A stretch of DNA of 63,389 nt, counting the filler, from Hyphochytrium catenoides (taxonomy: Eukaryota; Protista; Hyphochytriomycota), in assembly GCA_900088475.1 (NCBI GenBank). It is 12 parts of 12 records of this genome, joined end to end, with 100 filler letters (N's around TTAATTAATTAA, not from the genome) between each part and the next. Parts side by side here need not be neighbours in the genome. Positions count along the whole stretch, not along the records: positions 34,636 to 46,204 come from FLMG01004726.1; positions 46,305 to 49,278 come from FLMG01002817.1; 10 more parts are not named here. One strand, given 5' to 3'. The translations under genes were made by a program, and so were the position numbers. Of the stretch, positions 34,635 through 46,675 are shown piece after piece. How positions within the stretch are numbered: the stretch's first letter is position 1; the number at the start of each line of letters is the position of its first letter. Under the pieces are notes generated by a model. The model made no database searches and was not told the DNA's origin. It saw nothing but the letters and a program-made list of their open reading frames with translations.

Positions 34635-36137
34635 NCAAAGAGGAGCTGCCAGCCTGGAGGTAGCTGCAGACCTGACCCAGCTAATTGAGCAGCAGGAGAC
34701 TGGGGATCTCCCGCAAACTGGCTGCAGATACGCCCGCGTAAAGTCAGAAAACCAGTGCCATGTGTCATTTGAGGACTAGCATAGTCATAAGCGGGGAAGA
34801 GAGAGAGAGAGTGACAGAAAGAGAGCCAAGAGAGAAGGAAAGAGAGAGGGGGAGAGAGAAAGAGAGAGCGCGAGAGACAGAACCACGAACAAATAAAAGA
34901 GGAGCACGAAAGGAAGAGAGAGGACCACCAAACGATGGCACGACCAGGAGAGGGTGAGGCAGAAGAACTAACCTATGACTTGGCTCATCTGCTTGTGCTC
35001 CTTCGTCTTCCTGCATTTCCTCCGTTGCTATTGCTGGACCCACAAACCTTGACGCAATATTCCAAACTGCCTGAGCCCCACTAACCAGCTTGCTCTTCCT
35101 CTCAAGAGGGGCTGCGCCTGCATGCAGCAAGTCTCCGTCTACTCTATTGGCTGTCCCCATCTTCTCTCTCTCCTCACTTTCTGGTTCCTTCACAGCAGAC
35201 GTTAGAATCTCCTCGTCACTCTCGTCTCCCTGAGATGGTCGCGAGGCGAGGGACCGATAGAATTCAGGCTTAAGAGTGTCCCTTGCGTCATCCAGTTCTC
35301 TATCTTCATCATTCTGCTGTACGGCGGCAGGGAGAGCAAGGGAAGCAGAAGAAGCGCCATTCAAGTTGTCGTCCTCGAGTTCCTGGTCTACGGCGTGCGC
35401 TAGGTTGTCCGTCAGATTGGCAATAAAGCTGAATACTGGCGCTGCCTTGGCTGCCGCTGCTGAAGCAGAGAACAGAGTCTTAACATTCTGGGCAGCTTTG
35501 CCCTTGCCAGGTGTGTCATCGAGCGCGATATCTTCATAGTTCTCTTCCGAAGCCCTTCTTTGGGCATGTTCAACAGCTTGCAGCGGCGCATTACGATTTT
35601 TTCCTGGCGCGTCTTCTTCATCCACTGCAGGACTGAGGTCCGCTACTGCCGTGGGAGCGATGTCGTCACCACTGCTATGGGAGACCTTCCGAGAGGCAGA
35701 GGCAGGAGAACCTGGCTGCGAATGAACTGTTGGCACCTCAAGCTCTGCCCGCACAACCTTTAGGCGGGCATCCACCCCTGAGGGAGGGCTGGGGGAAGGC
35801 TGCGGCTCTTCTTGTTCCTCTTGAAAGTTGACGAAGGGTTTGCTTAGTGGACTGTCTCCACCCACCGCAACAGCGGGACCCGAGGACGAAGCAGAGACTG
35901 ACGAGCCAGCTGCCGCGCCATTGTCGGCTATTGACTGCGTGGGCAACTAGAGAGTGAAAGGTCAGGCCACGCATAACGTGCTGAGGGACCACTTAGAGGA
36001 CAGGCGTGAGCGCATACCTGTTCAGGTGGCTGCAGCTGCTGATTCTTCTTCTTTTTATTACGATACTTTTCCAGACGGGCCTTTCCTGCCAGCAACAGCT
36101 CCGCCCGCTGCTCTTGCTGCGGCGTGGAAGTGACCAT
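34635..36137 (-). CDS. 5' part of a protein with a golgin/AKAP9/BLISTER-like N-terminal basic helix, a disordered acidic region and the start of a WW domain
   Basis: Exon 36018-36137 QRAELLLAGKARLEKYRNKKKK; exon 34973-35946 long and low-complexity; exon 34635-34722 ends ...GLQLPPGWQLLF at the gap. Confidence 0.65.
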
Positions 36138-37159
36138 GACGCCTCAGTCCTCGGGCTCTCTTCACATGAGGAGACGGGAAGTCATCAGGACGCCGCTAGG
36201 GGGCGGGATGTTCGCGCTCCAATGCCGGTTTACCAGTGACAAATCATGCTTAAGGTCTGGCAGGCCATACAAAGCGAAATGTCCAATATGCTTAGTGAAT
36301 AAACCTCTGGCCCAGCAAGTTCACGACGCTTTGTCCGCTATCCTTTTCCTCTTTGGAATAGTAAGGGATTGACAGGAGTTTGTCTGTGCTTGCTGTTCAC
36401 TGCCGGGGATTGGTGCTTGGCCACCCTGGGCACTTCTCTCCTCTCGTAGGGTAGAATGCCAACTCCTGAAGAGTGAACTCTGGAAGGCAAGGCAGCCGCT
36501 ATCGGCTTTCCAATCTCTGTCTACTTGCTGATGGTCTTCCGTCTTCCGCGTCAGATGCTCGCTGTCAGAAGCCTGTGAACTCAGGATCTCTGTCAACTGA
36601 AAGAAACAATAAAAATGCTTCAATGGTTTTCCTATATAAGACACCAGCATTGGGAACATTTCAGGTATACTTCCTGAAGGTTTCACTGCCGCCACCTTCT
36701 ATAAGCTCTGTCCTCGCCGCTTCACGGTGCCGCGGATCCGGGCTGCGGATCAGCCTCCCGACAGAGCAAAGGAAAGAGGAAAGCGAAGAGACTCAACCGC
36801 AGATGGTGCTGCCTATGGCCGTACTTCTTCTTTGGCCTACGCGCATATGGCAAGGTGAGCCTGGTAGCGGATGCAGGCAAGGAGAGCACCAGTAAGAAGG
36901 TAGACGGACAAAAGGAAGCAAGGGGATGGCATGCCAGGATGAGGGACGGGCCGAGAAGAGTTCTTTCATAGCTCTGGGTTAAGGTCCGTTCGGTGGTTCG
37001 TTAAGCATTTCTACACTCTTCTCACTAGCAGTCTAAGGCTCTGGGCAAGCTATCTAGTCGAGGAGGGTGGCGGAAATTGAAGCGAACGTCGGCGTGAAGA
37101 GGAGACCGGCATGTGATGGCAGTATGTGAGAGGCAAAGACGTGAACATCAGTTTTGAGG

Positions 37160-38756
37160 ATGGAAGAGCTTGAAGCAGAGATCCAGTCCTGCCAAGAGCA
37201 GCTTACGCACATCGATGAACTGCTCGGCGCTGCGCCTACAGACAGTGGATTGCTTGACGCGAAGCACAACCTTACAGCCTGTCTGGCACTGCTGCAGGAG
37301 GCTCTTGTTGCTCAGTTAGAGGTCCTCAACACTGCATCTACCCTGGCTGCTCTCACAGACTCCCGCTAATAACCCTCGCTCTTGCTTACAGGCCGCTGCC
37401 GCCGCTCCAACTGATTATCCAGGAAGTCTGACGACGAATAATGAATCTTCGTGGCATGTACAGCATGATCAAGCCGTTCCGACAAACTTCGTAGTTGGCA
37501 GTGATTGCAGAGTTCGCTGTATGAGGAAAGGTGCTTACCGTGCAGCAGTTATCTTAGAGTTAAGGCCGGATAGCGGCACTTGCTTGGTTAAGTGGAAGCA
37601 TCCCAGGAGCAGAGCGGAAGCCCTCTGTTCCTTCTTCGTACAAGGCAAATGTCGGTGGTCTGATGGAGAGTGCAGCTATTCCCATGGAATAGAGACGGAT
37701 CTTCGAGCAGTGAAGGAGGAGGAAGAGGCAGGCGGAGAGACAACGAAGAAGCGATTCCAGCCTGGAGATCTGGTTCTGGCCGAGTATCACCAGGACAAGC
37801 TTTGGTATAAGGCAGTCGTGGACCACTATCTACCGAAGCATCGCAGCTACCTTGTCACTTTCTCAGACTATAACAGCACAGAAGAGGTCTCTCCCGAGCA
37901 GTTGGTGCCCTATGATACTCTCTACGGAGACTTTGAGGATGAGCCAGAGACGGAAGACTCCTCCAGTGATGATGAGGATGACGGAAGCGAGGAAGAGGAG
38001 GATTTTGACCCAGACTTTGGCGTGGCCATCGTCGCGATCGATGACAGTGGTGCACGGGCAAGTAGAGAGACTGACGGGACTTCAGACTCTTACGGCTCAG
38101 CTATGGGCTACTTTGATGATGGATATATTATTGGTGAATGGGAGAAGCATACCAAGGGGTTTGCTTCAAAGATGATGGCGCGGATGGGTTACAAGCGTGG
38201 CATGGGACTAGGAAAGCATGGAGAAGGAAGAGCAAGGGCCGTAGAGGTGCAAGTCATCCCAGCGGGCCGCTCTCTAGATCATCTATCAGACGATGAGGGC
38301 AAAGAAGGAGGAAAAGGTGATGGGCATAGAACGAGAAAAAGAGGGTCAAAGAAAAAGAAAGGCTCTCGTAAGCCGAAGAGAAAGCCAGGAGATGGGAAGG
38401 CGGAAAGAACCAACGTCTTTGACTTCCTCAATCGGAACATCAGCAGTGCCGGGAGCGATCAGACAGCTCCCAATGCTACATCCTCTACGAAACGCCAGGC
38501 CAAATCTCAACAAGAGCTACAGAAGGACCTATATCATATGAAAGAGCGACAGAACGAACTCTCTCGGTTGCTGGGACGGCTGGAAGAGTCACTTAAGAGG
38601 AACGAGAAAAGAGATGCGACGTATGCAGAGCAAGTGAGGCAAAAAATTGGGCAGGTGAAGCAGGAACTCAAAAGGGTGGAAGCCACAGAGGTCAAGCTCA
38701 AGGGACAGATTGGAAGCTTGAGCGAGAAGAAGTCCATGAAGCGGTCGTTCTTCTAA
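37160..38756 (+). CDS. ZGPAT: Zinc finger CCCH-type with G-patch domain protein
   Basis: N-terminal helical region; intron 37322-37391; CCCH finger CSFFVQGKCRWSDGECSYSHG; Tudor FQPGDLVLAEYHQDKLWYKAVV; G-patch GEWEKHTKGFASKMMARMGYKRGMGLGKHGEGR; NVFDFLN; C-terminal coiled coil. Confidence 0.92.
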
Positions 38757-40867
38757 TTGAGCAGCCCATCGGAACTTTATAGAGCCGCGTCAATCTAAGT
38801 TGCTAAGCCTCGAAGAAGCAATGCCCAATAGCCTAAGTGGAGAATATTGCAATTAATCATCGATCCCAAAGCAATGGCCCAGTGCATATACCTGTGAAGA
38901 AGGTCAAGACTGTACCGCCAAAGGGAGCCGCGGCGTGGATATGACCATGACCCGAAACACACTAGGGAGAGAGCATCATCTTCTTGCTGTCTGGCGGCTA
39001 CTCTGCCCACCGTTGTCCAGGCTATTAAAGATCATGTTACGTTGATAGTAATTTATAGAGCAATGAGGCTAAGCGGATTAAAGATTGTGGACAGGAGGCA
39101 CCAGCTCTAAAGAGCCAAAGGCTCTCCAGGCGTTGCCTGGCGCTAAGGAGGTTACGATACAGATCCTGCTTACTCCTGACCAGGACTGGCGCAACAAAAG
39201 GAAACCGATACCTGACCTTGTGCAATAAGGGCTAAAATAAGAGGCTCAGCCGCCGCCAGGGATCGATTGTCCGTGACTGACTCGGATCCCAAGCTTGGCT
39301 GCAGCAACGAGGGTCTGCAAGTGCTTCACGTCCGGCGCCATTCTTTCAGAGCAGCATGCCATACCCTAACAGGATCGACGACCACCTAGACTCTATAGGA
39401 CTACTTACTATTGAGGAAGATACAATCGGGGAACAATGAATGACAAGGGCAAGTGCCGGCCGTCGGCGGCGTCACAAGGCGACATTTCTATCGGTTCGGA
39501 AGATCAACCGTTTCCGTGGAGCTTCTCAATAAAAGGCTCAATGATCACTACGCGGTGGTCTTCAAGCCTTGAAGCCCGTCGTTTTTATAAACAAAATATT
39601 AGCGACGCTTCTCATTCTTCTCTCTCCCGCTCTTTATCTTTTCAAAATGTCCAACCCCAGTCTTATTCTTTAGGATTGGGAATATGTCTCATTCTAATGA
39701 CAGGAACTCTGGTTGTCATAAAGACCTATCAGGGATGTCGCGCGCGATGGACGCAATCAGATAAAGTTCTGATAAAGGTCGTGCGTGCCCTTCAGGTTAC
39801 ATCAGTCAATTGTTTCATTGAAGTATTGACAGAAAGATACGTGCACCTTCTTGTGCTGAGCTTAGTGGTGAAAATTTCCCATGGAAAGCTTGTGTATCAT
39901 ACCTCTTTCAGGGTTCAGCTGATGCAAACATGGAAACCTCCAGCTATGGCCAAAGACAGAGTCCCAGCTAGATGTCCTTTAACATAGCTTATATCGGAGA
40001 GCATGAAGACAGAGCCAGAGAGAGAGAGAGAAAGAGAGAGAAGATGCGGTCCAGACCCACGTCTTCCTTTCTCTTCCTTCTCCTCAGTGCTGCCTCAGAT
40101 CCAGCGCAATCCTGCAGCTTCTTGTCCTACCGGGCCCCCGACAGAGAGAGAGAAAGCGGTAACGCTCTTTCCTGACCCAGAAGAAGGGACAGTCTTAGAC
40201 GGAGAAGCGGAGATTGGGACAGAAGATGACCTACCGCATGGTTTCCTTCTGTCGTCTCTGATCCGTCTCTTCTCTCTGTCTCTCTCTTCTCTCTCTTCTC
40301 TCCCTCTCTCCTTTGTATCCCCAACCCCACCCTTTCCTTGCTTCCTCACCTTAATCATTGTTGGTGTTTTGTCTTTCTCTCTCTCTCTCTNNNNNNNNNN
40401 NNNNNNNNNNNNNNNNNNNNNNNNNNNNNNNNNNNNNNNNNNNNNNNNNNNNNNNNNNNNNNNNNNNNNNNNNNNNNNNNNNNNNNNNNNNTCTCTCTCT
40501 TTCTCTCTCTTTCTTTCTAGCGACTGCCGTGTCGTTGTTCCTCGCCTTCTTAGCTTTCCCAGCTTCCATTGCTGGAGGTTCCCGACATTAGCGCAGTTCT
40601 GGTTCTATGGGTTCCTCGGTGCGGTCGACGGCTCTGGTCTGCGTCCGTGCTTCCAACCTGTCAGCTACTTGACCAGCTCTCTAGCTCCTCATCACTTCGT
40701 TTGACAATCTTCTACAGAGTGGACATAGCTAGATAAACTCTGATCTAGCTGGCAGATTGGAGCTCATCATTAGAAGAAGATGAAGCGCTGAGGACAGAGA
40801 TAGAGCGAGTCGGCGCAAGAGGAAGGAAAGAAGCCTTTGCCCAGCGCTCCCAGCAGGTAGAGGAATC

Positions 40868-42110
40868 ATGCAGCTCCATCGCGCAGCGCTTTTGTTCCTC
40901 ACTGTGGGCTTATCGGCTCTGAGCTCGGTCTCTTCTAGACCTTCATTAGTAGAGTCTATCCCCACGGGCCTCCTCAGAGTAAGTTCGAAGCCTCTCTTAC
41001 TAGCCCTAGTATCCACGCAGGAGCCTTCTCGCCTCCTCTTCCTTGTCTCGGGCTATGCCATCATCCATCCCTCCACTCGCCTTTGTTATCGCACCGCCAT
41101 TGCCCGTCCTGCCTTGTCTAACTCTGCCCGGTCCATTGCTCGCTCTCCTCTCTTTTTACATAGAACAAAGCAAGCCACCGCGAGCTCCAAGCCGCAACAC
41201 CGCCCACTCCACCCCCGCCGGTAAGCCAGAAGAGCTTAATGTCTACTATAAATTTCTATAGAGCTAACTCTTCCCCGTTGCTCTGCCCCCGTCTTCTCCT
41301 CGTTCTATTTTTGTTCTTCCTACCGGGCTTGGAATCTTCGCCACCGATGTACAGCAAGGGCCAGACGGTGAGGACTCGCCGGCTCCTGAACCTCCCACTC
41401 CCACGCCGGCCCCTGGTCCCGTGCCCGCCCCAGTCCCCAATGTACCTGCCACGGAACCTCCTAGACCGACAGTGCCAACCCCTGCGCCCACCAAGGCACC
41501 AGCGCCACCTACGCCTACTCCTGCCGCTACCCCTGCTCCAACCAATGCAGGAAAGCCTACTCCCTCCCCGGCGGCTACTCCTACCCCAGCTAACTCTCCC
41601 CCTTCCGGTGGCGGTAATCTAGTCCCGTTCCAGCCGGACACTCCTGTACAAAACAGCTCCAACGCCCCTCCGAACGCTTCTTCCTCCAACTTAAAGGATG
41701 GAACAGAGAAAGAGCCCACACCTCCACCTACGGGAATGGCTAAATTCTTCCAAGATAACAAGATTATCCTGCTCATCGGCTGTGCGGCAGTGGTGGTGCT
41801 GCTGCCCCTCCTGGCGTGTCTAGTGTACATGATCAGAAAGACAAAGGAAAATTCATATGACAAAGAAATGATGAGACAGCATAAGATTGTGGGGCCTCTC
41901 ACCACCCCACAAATGTATGTAGAACAGATGCCGCCTCCACCACTCCCGGAGCAGTATGAGGCGCCAAGCTATCATCATCAACAGGCTTACGAGCGGGCCC
42001 AGTACCAGCAGCAGGGAGGAGGAACTCAGCAGTACTATCAGCAACATGAACATGGCGCAGATCCGCGGTATGACCCACGCTATAAACCGGGAGAGGTCGT
42101 CGAGTTCTAG
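40868..42110 (+). CDS. Pro/Thr-rich (mucin-like) single-pass type I membrane protein
   Basis: Signal peptide MQLHRAALLFLTVGLSALSSVSS; phase-0 exons 40868-40978, 41164-41220 and 41355-42110; PTPAP repeats; TM helix IILLIGCAAVVVLLPLLACLVYMI followed by RKTK; Tyr/Gln/Pro-rich tail. Confidence 0.85.
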
Positions 42111-42388
42111 AGATGTCTTGCTCTCGGTCCATCAGATATCCAGGGCAAGAAGAAAGTGCTTTGCTGTTTAATTAGTCACCATGTAGCCTCGGAAACTACC
42201 AAGACCTGCCTACCTTGGCTGGCTCTCCTTTTCTTTCTCTCTCGGTCTCTCTTCCTCTGTCGCTACCTCTCTCCCTCTTTGCTCTTTACCTTCCTTTTTC
42301 CACACGGACACCATAGCCTAACTTATAGATCGAAGTCAGTGAAATGTCGCCAAGTTGCCCCCTTACTCTCTTCCTCTCTATCGCTCAT

Positions 42389-43825
42389 CTATCTCTCATC
42401 TTCACCCTTTGGTGCCTTCTCGGTCTTCTGTGATTCAAAGTCCTGGACAAGAGTGAGTAGGTGTTGAGCCATGTCACATGAGGGAACGAGGTGGAGAAGC
42501 TTCTTCGTGGCACTCCTGGCAGTGCCTAGGCGCTGTGAGAGCAGAGCTGCTTGCGCCTTCGTCATCAGAGCAGGAAAGTAGTAAGGTTTGCGTCTGAGTG
42601 CCTCGTTGCAGAATTGGATTGCTTTGGAACTTTTGCCTGCATGATGGCGAGACTTGGTAAGATGCGAGTCGAGTAGCTGAGAAGACCATGAAGACCATGA
42701 ACTCAAAAAAAAAGATAACACTAGCAAACGACCTCAGGGCTGGCCGAGCCCAAGGACAGAGAAAAAAAAAAGACCTAATGATTCCGCCCGCTGGGACTAT
42801 CTATGGTAAGGGAAGTGCATACTGAACTCTACATCACCAAGATAGGAGAACCAGTAGGCCATGTTGTCTATTATTTTTTCTCTGCTTACCTTCGGCTTGC
42901 AGGAGCATGGCACGCTTATGGAGGACTTCAGTCCAGTCTGGATAGTGCCTCTGTAGCTTTCTAACAGCTTTCCTTGCGAACTTGAGGTCGCCTTCTATGA
43001 TTGCTTCTCCTGCCAACTCCAAATCTTCAGCCGCAACTTCACCCTTTTGCAAAGACCACAGCTCCTTCAGTCGCTCTTGCGCAGCTCGAGCCACCTACAC
43101 ATAGATAAAGTATTTCAATCAGAGATAAGTTAGGAAAAGAGCAAGTCTAGGGCCGCCACCAGGACAGAGCTGCGATGGAGAAAGCAACAATATAAACACT
43201 GCATATTAACATGACGTATCACCGATGTAGATGCAAGCTCAACAATGTCCTAACAGCAGCACTTTCGGATTGCAGGCCGTCGTACCACTGGGGAAGTGTG
43301 TCTCATCGCCTTCACAAGCTTCTCCTCGTCCTCCCACTGCTCCATTTTCATTTTCAAGAACGGATTCTCATCCTGCAGCAGAGCCATAGAGAGGCTAATT
43401 CGCCCACGGTAGTCATCCTCAACGTCACTCTCCTCCTCTTCTTCTTCATCGCTGAGGTCGAGATCGCTGATGGTATCCTCATCTTCTTCTTTTTCCTCTA
43501 AAGCTTGAAAGAGCTCCCTCAGGCTCGAACCATCAGCATAATTCTCAGATGATAACTCTTCTAACTCCATTTGGTCTTCTTTCTCTACACTTGCTCTTGC
43601 TGCCCCTGCTCGTTATATGGGTCAAAGAGTCAATCGCCCACAGGTATACCATTTTGAAACGCCCAAGCTGCCCAAGAACTTACGCGCAGCGGGGGCGGCT
43701 CGTCTTCGCCTTCGAGAGGGAGCATAATGCTCTCTCGATGTGCTCGTCGTCGCGTCTGATGCTTCAGAGTCACTGTCGGTGTCATCCCCTGTCGCTTCAA
43801 AGAGGGCAGGGACTCTGTAAGACAT
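42389..43825 (-). CDS. Acidic N-terminus plus HEAT-like helix and TPR repeats
   Basis: Spliced reading MSYRVPALFE...AAPAAR|AARASVEKEDQMELEE...LVKAMRHTSPV|VARAAQERLKELWSLQ...YPDWTEVLHKRAMLLQAE|GKSSKAIQFCNEALRRKPYYFPALMTKAQ...*; TPR-type spacing of small and aromatic residues. Confidence 0.75.
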
Positions 43826-43882
43826 GAGTAAGAACTTCCACTCTTTCATCACCCTAAGCCGCAAGAATATTGCTTGGTATCT

Positions 43883-45448
43883 CTATCTCGCATGCCGCCC
43901 ACCTGTCATGTCTTCCTATAGAGAGACAGTTTGCATTAGCCGGGAAAATGTAGAGAACCGGGACAGAAACGAAAGTAGACGATGAGGTGCCGTCTTACAT
44001 CTTGTTGTGACACTTTCCCCATCTCTTCTAAGGCTTGGTCAGACGTCACTTGCTGTTGCACTTTCTCCCTGAGCTCTCGATAGTACTTCTCATCATCCGG
44101 AAAGCGTGCCAGCAGCAGCTCGCGAGGCACATACTTATTGTCCTCAAAGCGCCGGAAGAAGTCGAATAACAGAGGGTGGCGGATCCTCTGGTGGACAAAC
44201 GTAAGGCTTAGATATGATGGAAGGTGATTTAGATACACGTTGAAGGTAGCTCTAAAGAAGGAGTCATTTTGAAGGCCCTAGCTTGTAACCAAAACTTGGC
44301 ATTATTGGCGGGGACGTCACGAGAGAGAAGAGCGTAGAGTGATCCAACTCTCAAGACCAAAGCTCTGTGCACATTCTCATCGAGGGAAAGCTTGGGTCTG
44401 CGATTCTCACCTTTGGCTTTGGGTCCCGTGAGAGGTTCTCCTGAGAACAGTACCTAATACGAGTAGAGCAACAAGTCCCTCAGGCAACATCCCCACTTTC
44501 GGGTACACTTCTCTCGAGTGCTGGCTTACACCTGATCGCAAAGTATCCTACGTTGTGTCGATCCTCACCTTAAGCTTTCGTCCTCACATAGGGTATAATA
44601 GAAGGGCTGCCGTCTACCGTGTCTAAGCTGGGAATCAACTTTGTTTACTCGTATCCATTCCTCACTCTCTTTGCATTGGGGGTCCCAAGCCACAACCACG
44701 ACTTGCCCATAATAGCGGTGGTTCAGCACCTCGCCCACGCAGTATTCAACTTCAGGCGTCCGCGCCTACAAAAAAAGGCGACATGGACCAGCAAGAGACG
44801 GAACCATGTCCTTAGTGATCCTTGGTGTTCTAGCGAGCTGCTGGGGCAGGCTGCAATATAAGAAGACGATAATGCCAATGATGATGCAACAAGACAGAGG
44901 AAAGTGACATTGTAGAAGATAAACGCTCACCACAGGCTCCATAGCACCACTTTCCTCTACATGCTTTAGGGTCGCGATATGCTGAGTGCTTCGTCGCAGC
45001 AGCCGGAACCCTAGTGAACGACGAGCGAAGAGGACAGAGCGTTAAGGCCCCGTGTCTCACTTTAGTCGCTGGGTGTGAAGTTTGCCCTACCAAGGTCGAT
45101 TTGATTGTACTCTGTGTCTATTAGAGGTGCTTCAAAGAACGGACGCACAGCAGAGAATGTTTGAAATATGCCTTCACACTTTCGAAAACGAGGCCGTTTG
45201 GCACTCTTCTGAAGTCCTAGCTTCATCATTCTCTTCATTTTCACTTCGGCCACGGCAACTTCATAGAACTCATCCCTCAGCGCCGCCGATAGGACTGCTT
45301 TCTCAATGCTGTGACCGGCTCTAAAAAGCTTCTCAACATCCCGACAACAGCGGAGCAGGTTCCTGCAGCACCGAAGAGTCAAACGTAAAGTGGATCTGTC
45401 AACATAATAACCCTCAACGTACCGGTATAGGACGCGTTCCAAGCTCAT
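43883..45448 (-). CDS. YccV/HspQ (hemimethylated-DNA-binding-like) domain protein
   Basis: RTPEVEYCVGEVLNHRYYGQVVVVAWDPQCKESEEWIRVNKVDSQLRHGRRQPFYYTLCEDESLR|YCSQENL and IRHPLLFDFFRRFEDNKYVPRELLLARFPDD match YccV-like domains of the FBXO21/POLDIP2/ClpF type; last exon EDMTGGRHAR*. Confidence 0.85.
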
Positions 45449-46675
45449 CTTATGAATGACAGACCCACCTTCGTATTACCGGCTCTGAAGCACAGGCCCA
45501 AGTCACATACTATACTCCTACAATATCCCAGCCGACCTTAATGAACGTAGGTACTCAGAGAACTAGGAACAGAGCCCTAGAATTAGAAGCTTCTCTTTGG
45601 CCTTTCAGCAGTCCAGTGGCTGATCTTCATCGAGGTCTATGAGCTGTCAGTGCCTAGACCAAGACGAAGGAGCGGATCATCTCGACGAGGACCAAATCCC
45701 ATAGTTTTGCAGCATAATTATTGGCGCTCATCGCTCAATAAAGGCAACAACAAAAGGACAGAAGAAGAAACTCAATAACCAGAAAGGACTAGATCACATA
45801 ACTATTGAATCCGATAACTTATGAAGCCGTTCAGTCCTCCCCCAGGACTAAGTAGAGGGATAGTTCTGAGGAGTTTGTCCTCTGCCACGTGGAACCGCAG
45901 GCATTGCGGCCTCTCTTGTACGTGGACATTCGCACGAAGTGAGGAGGTCTATTCTTGGGTAGGTTGTGGCATATTCCTTGTGTGTAAGGGGAATCAGGGG
46001 GAATATCTTTCGGCAATTGAGGTTTCAAGACATCATCAGAAGCCTGGGAATCATCCTTGGGCCTGTGAAGGTGTTACTCCGTATAACATAAAAGTCTTTG
46101 ATCTGAAGACGGCAGAGTTAAAAAATCTCTGTCCTCCGCAGGTCCTACTTTGAAGCTTCCTGCCTCCGGCCGGACTGCCTCTCAGAGAGATCACATTGAA
46201 AACANNNNNNNNNNNNNNNNNNNNNNNNNNNNNNNNNNNNNNNNNNNNTTAATTAATTAANNNNNNNNNNNNNNNNNNNNNNNNNNNNNNNNNNNNNNNN
46301 NNNNGACAATTGTTCGAGGCATTGGCAATGTTGTTCGGGACCTTTATAATAATAAGCAATGCTGAGTTGACATTAGCAATGGGTGTCTAGGAATATAGAC
46401 TGAAAACAATGGTTTAGAATGGTTCAGTGGTGGCGGCTTCCTGACCTGCGACTCTCAACAAAGGTCCTTGGTGTCAATTATTACTGGCCGGATTGCTCTC
46501 TCCGTCGCCCATCATCATCTGGAACTATGACCTTGCAAGCTTTGTTGTCGTTATTCTATTTTGCGATCATTCTTCTTGGAGATGAGCGTCGTTGTTCCTA
46601 TGATGATCAAAAGGCAAGAACAAGATTTATAAAAAGATCTTCCTTGGAGATGACTAGGAACAAGAAGGTTTGTGA

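Noticed and set aside
38795-39987. Possible small minus-strand spliced gene (MAPDVKHLQTLVAAAKLGIR...), a 183-aa plus ORF, or a snoRNA cluster
   Set aside because: No recognisable family, ambiguous splice sites and no convincing paired C/D boxes.
45821-46204. 110-aa plus-strand ORF at a contig end
   Set aside because: No motifs and uncertain splicing.
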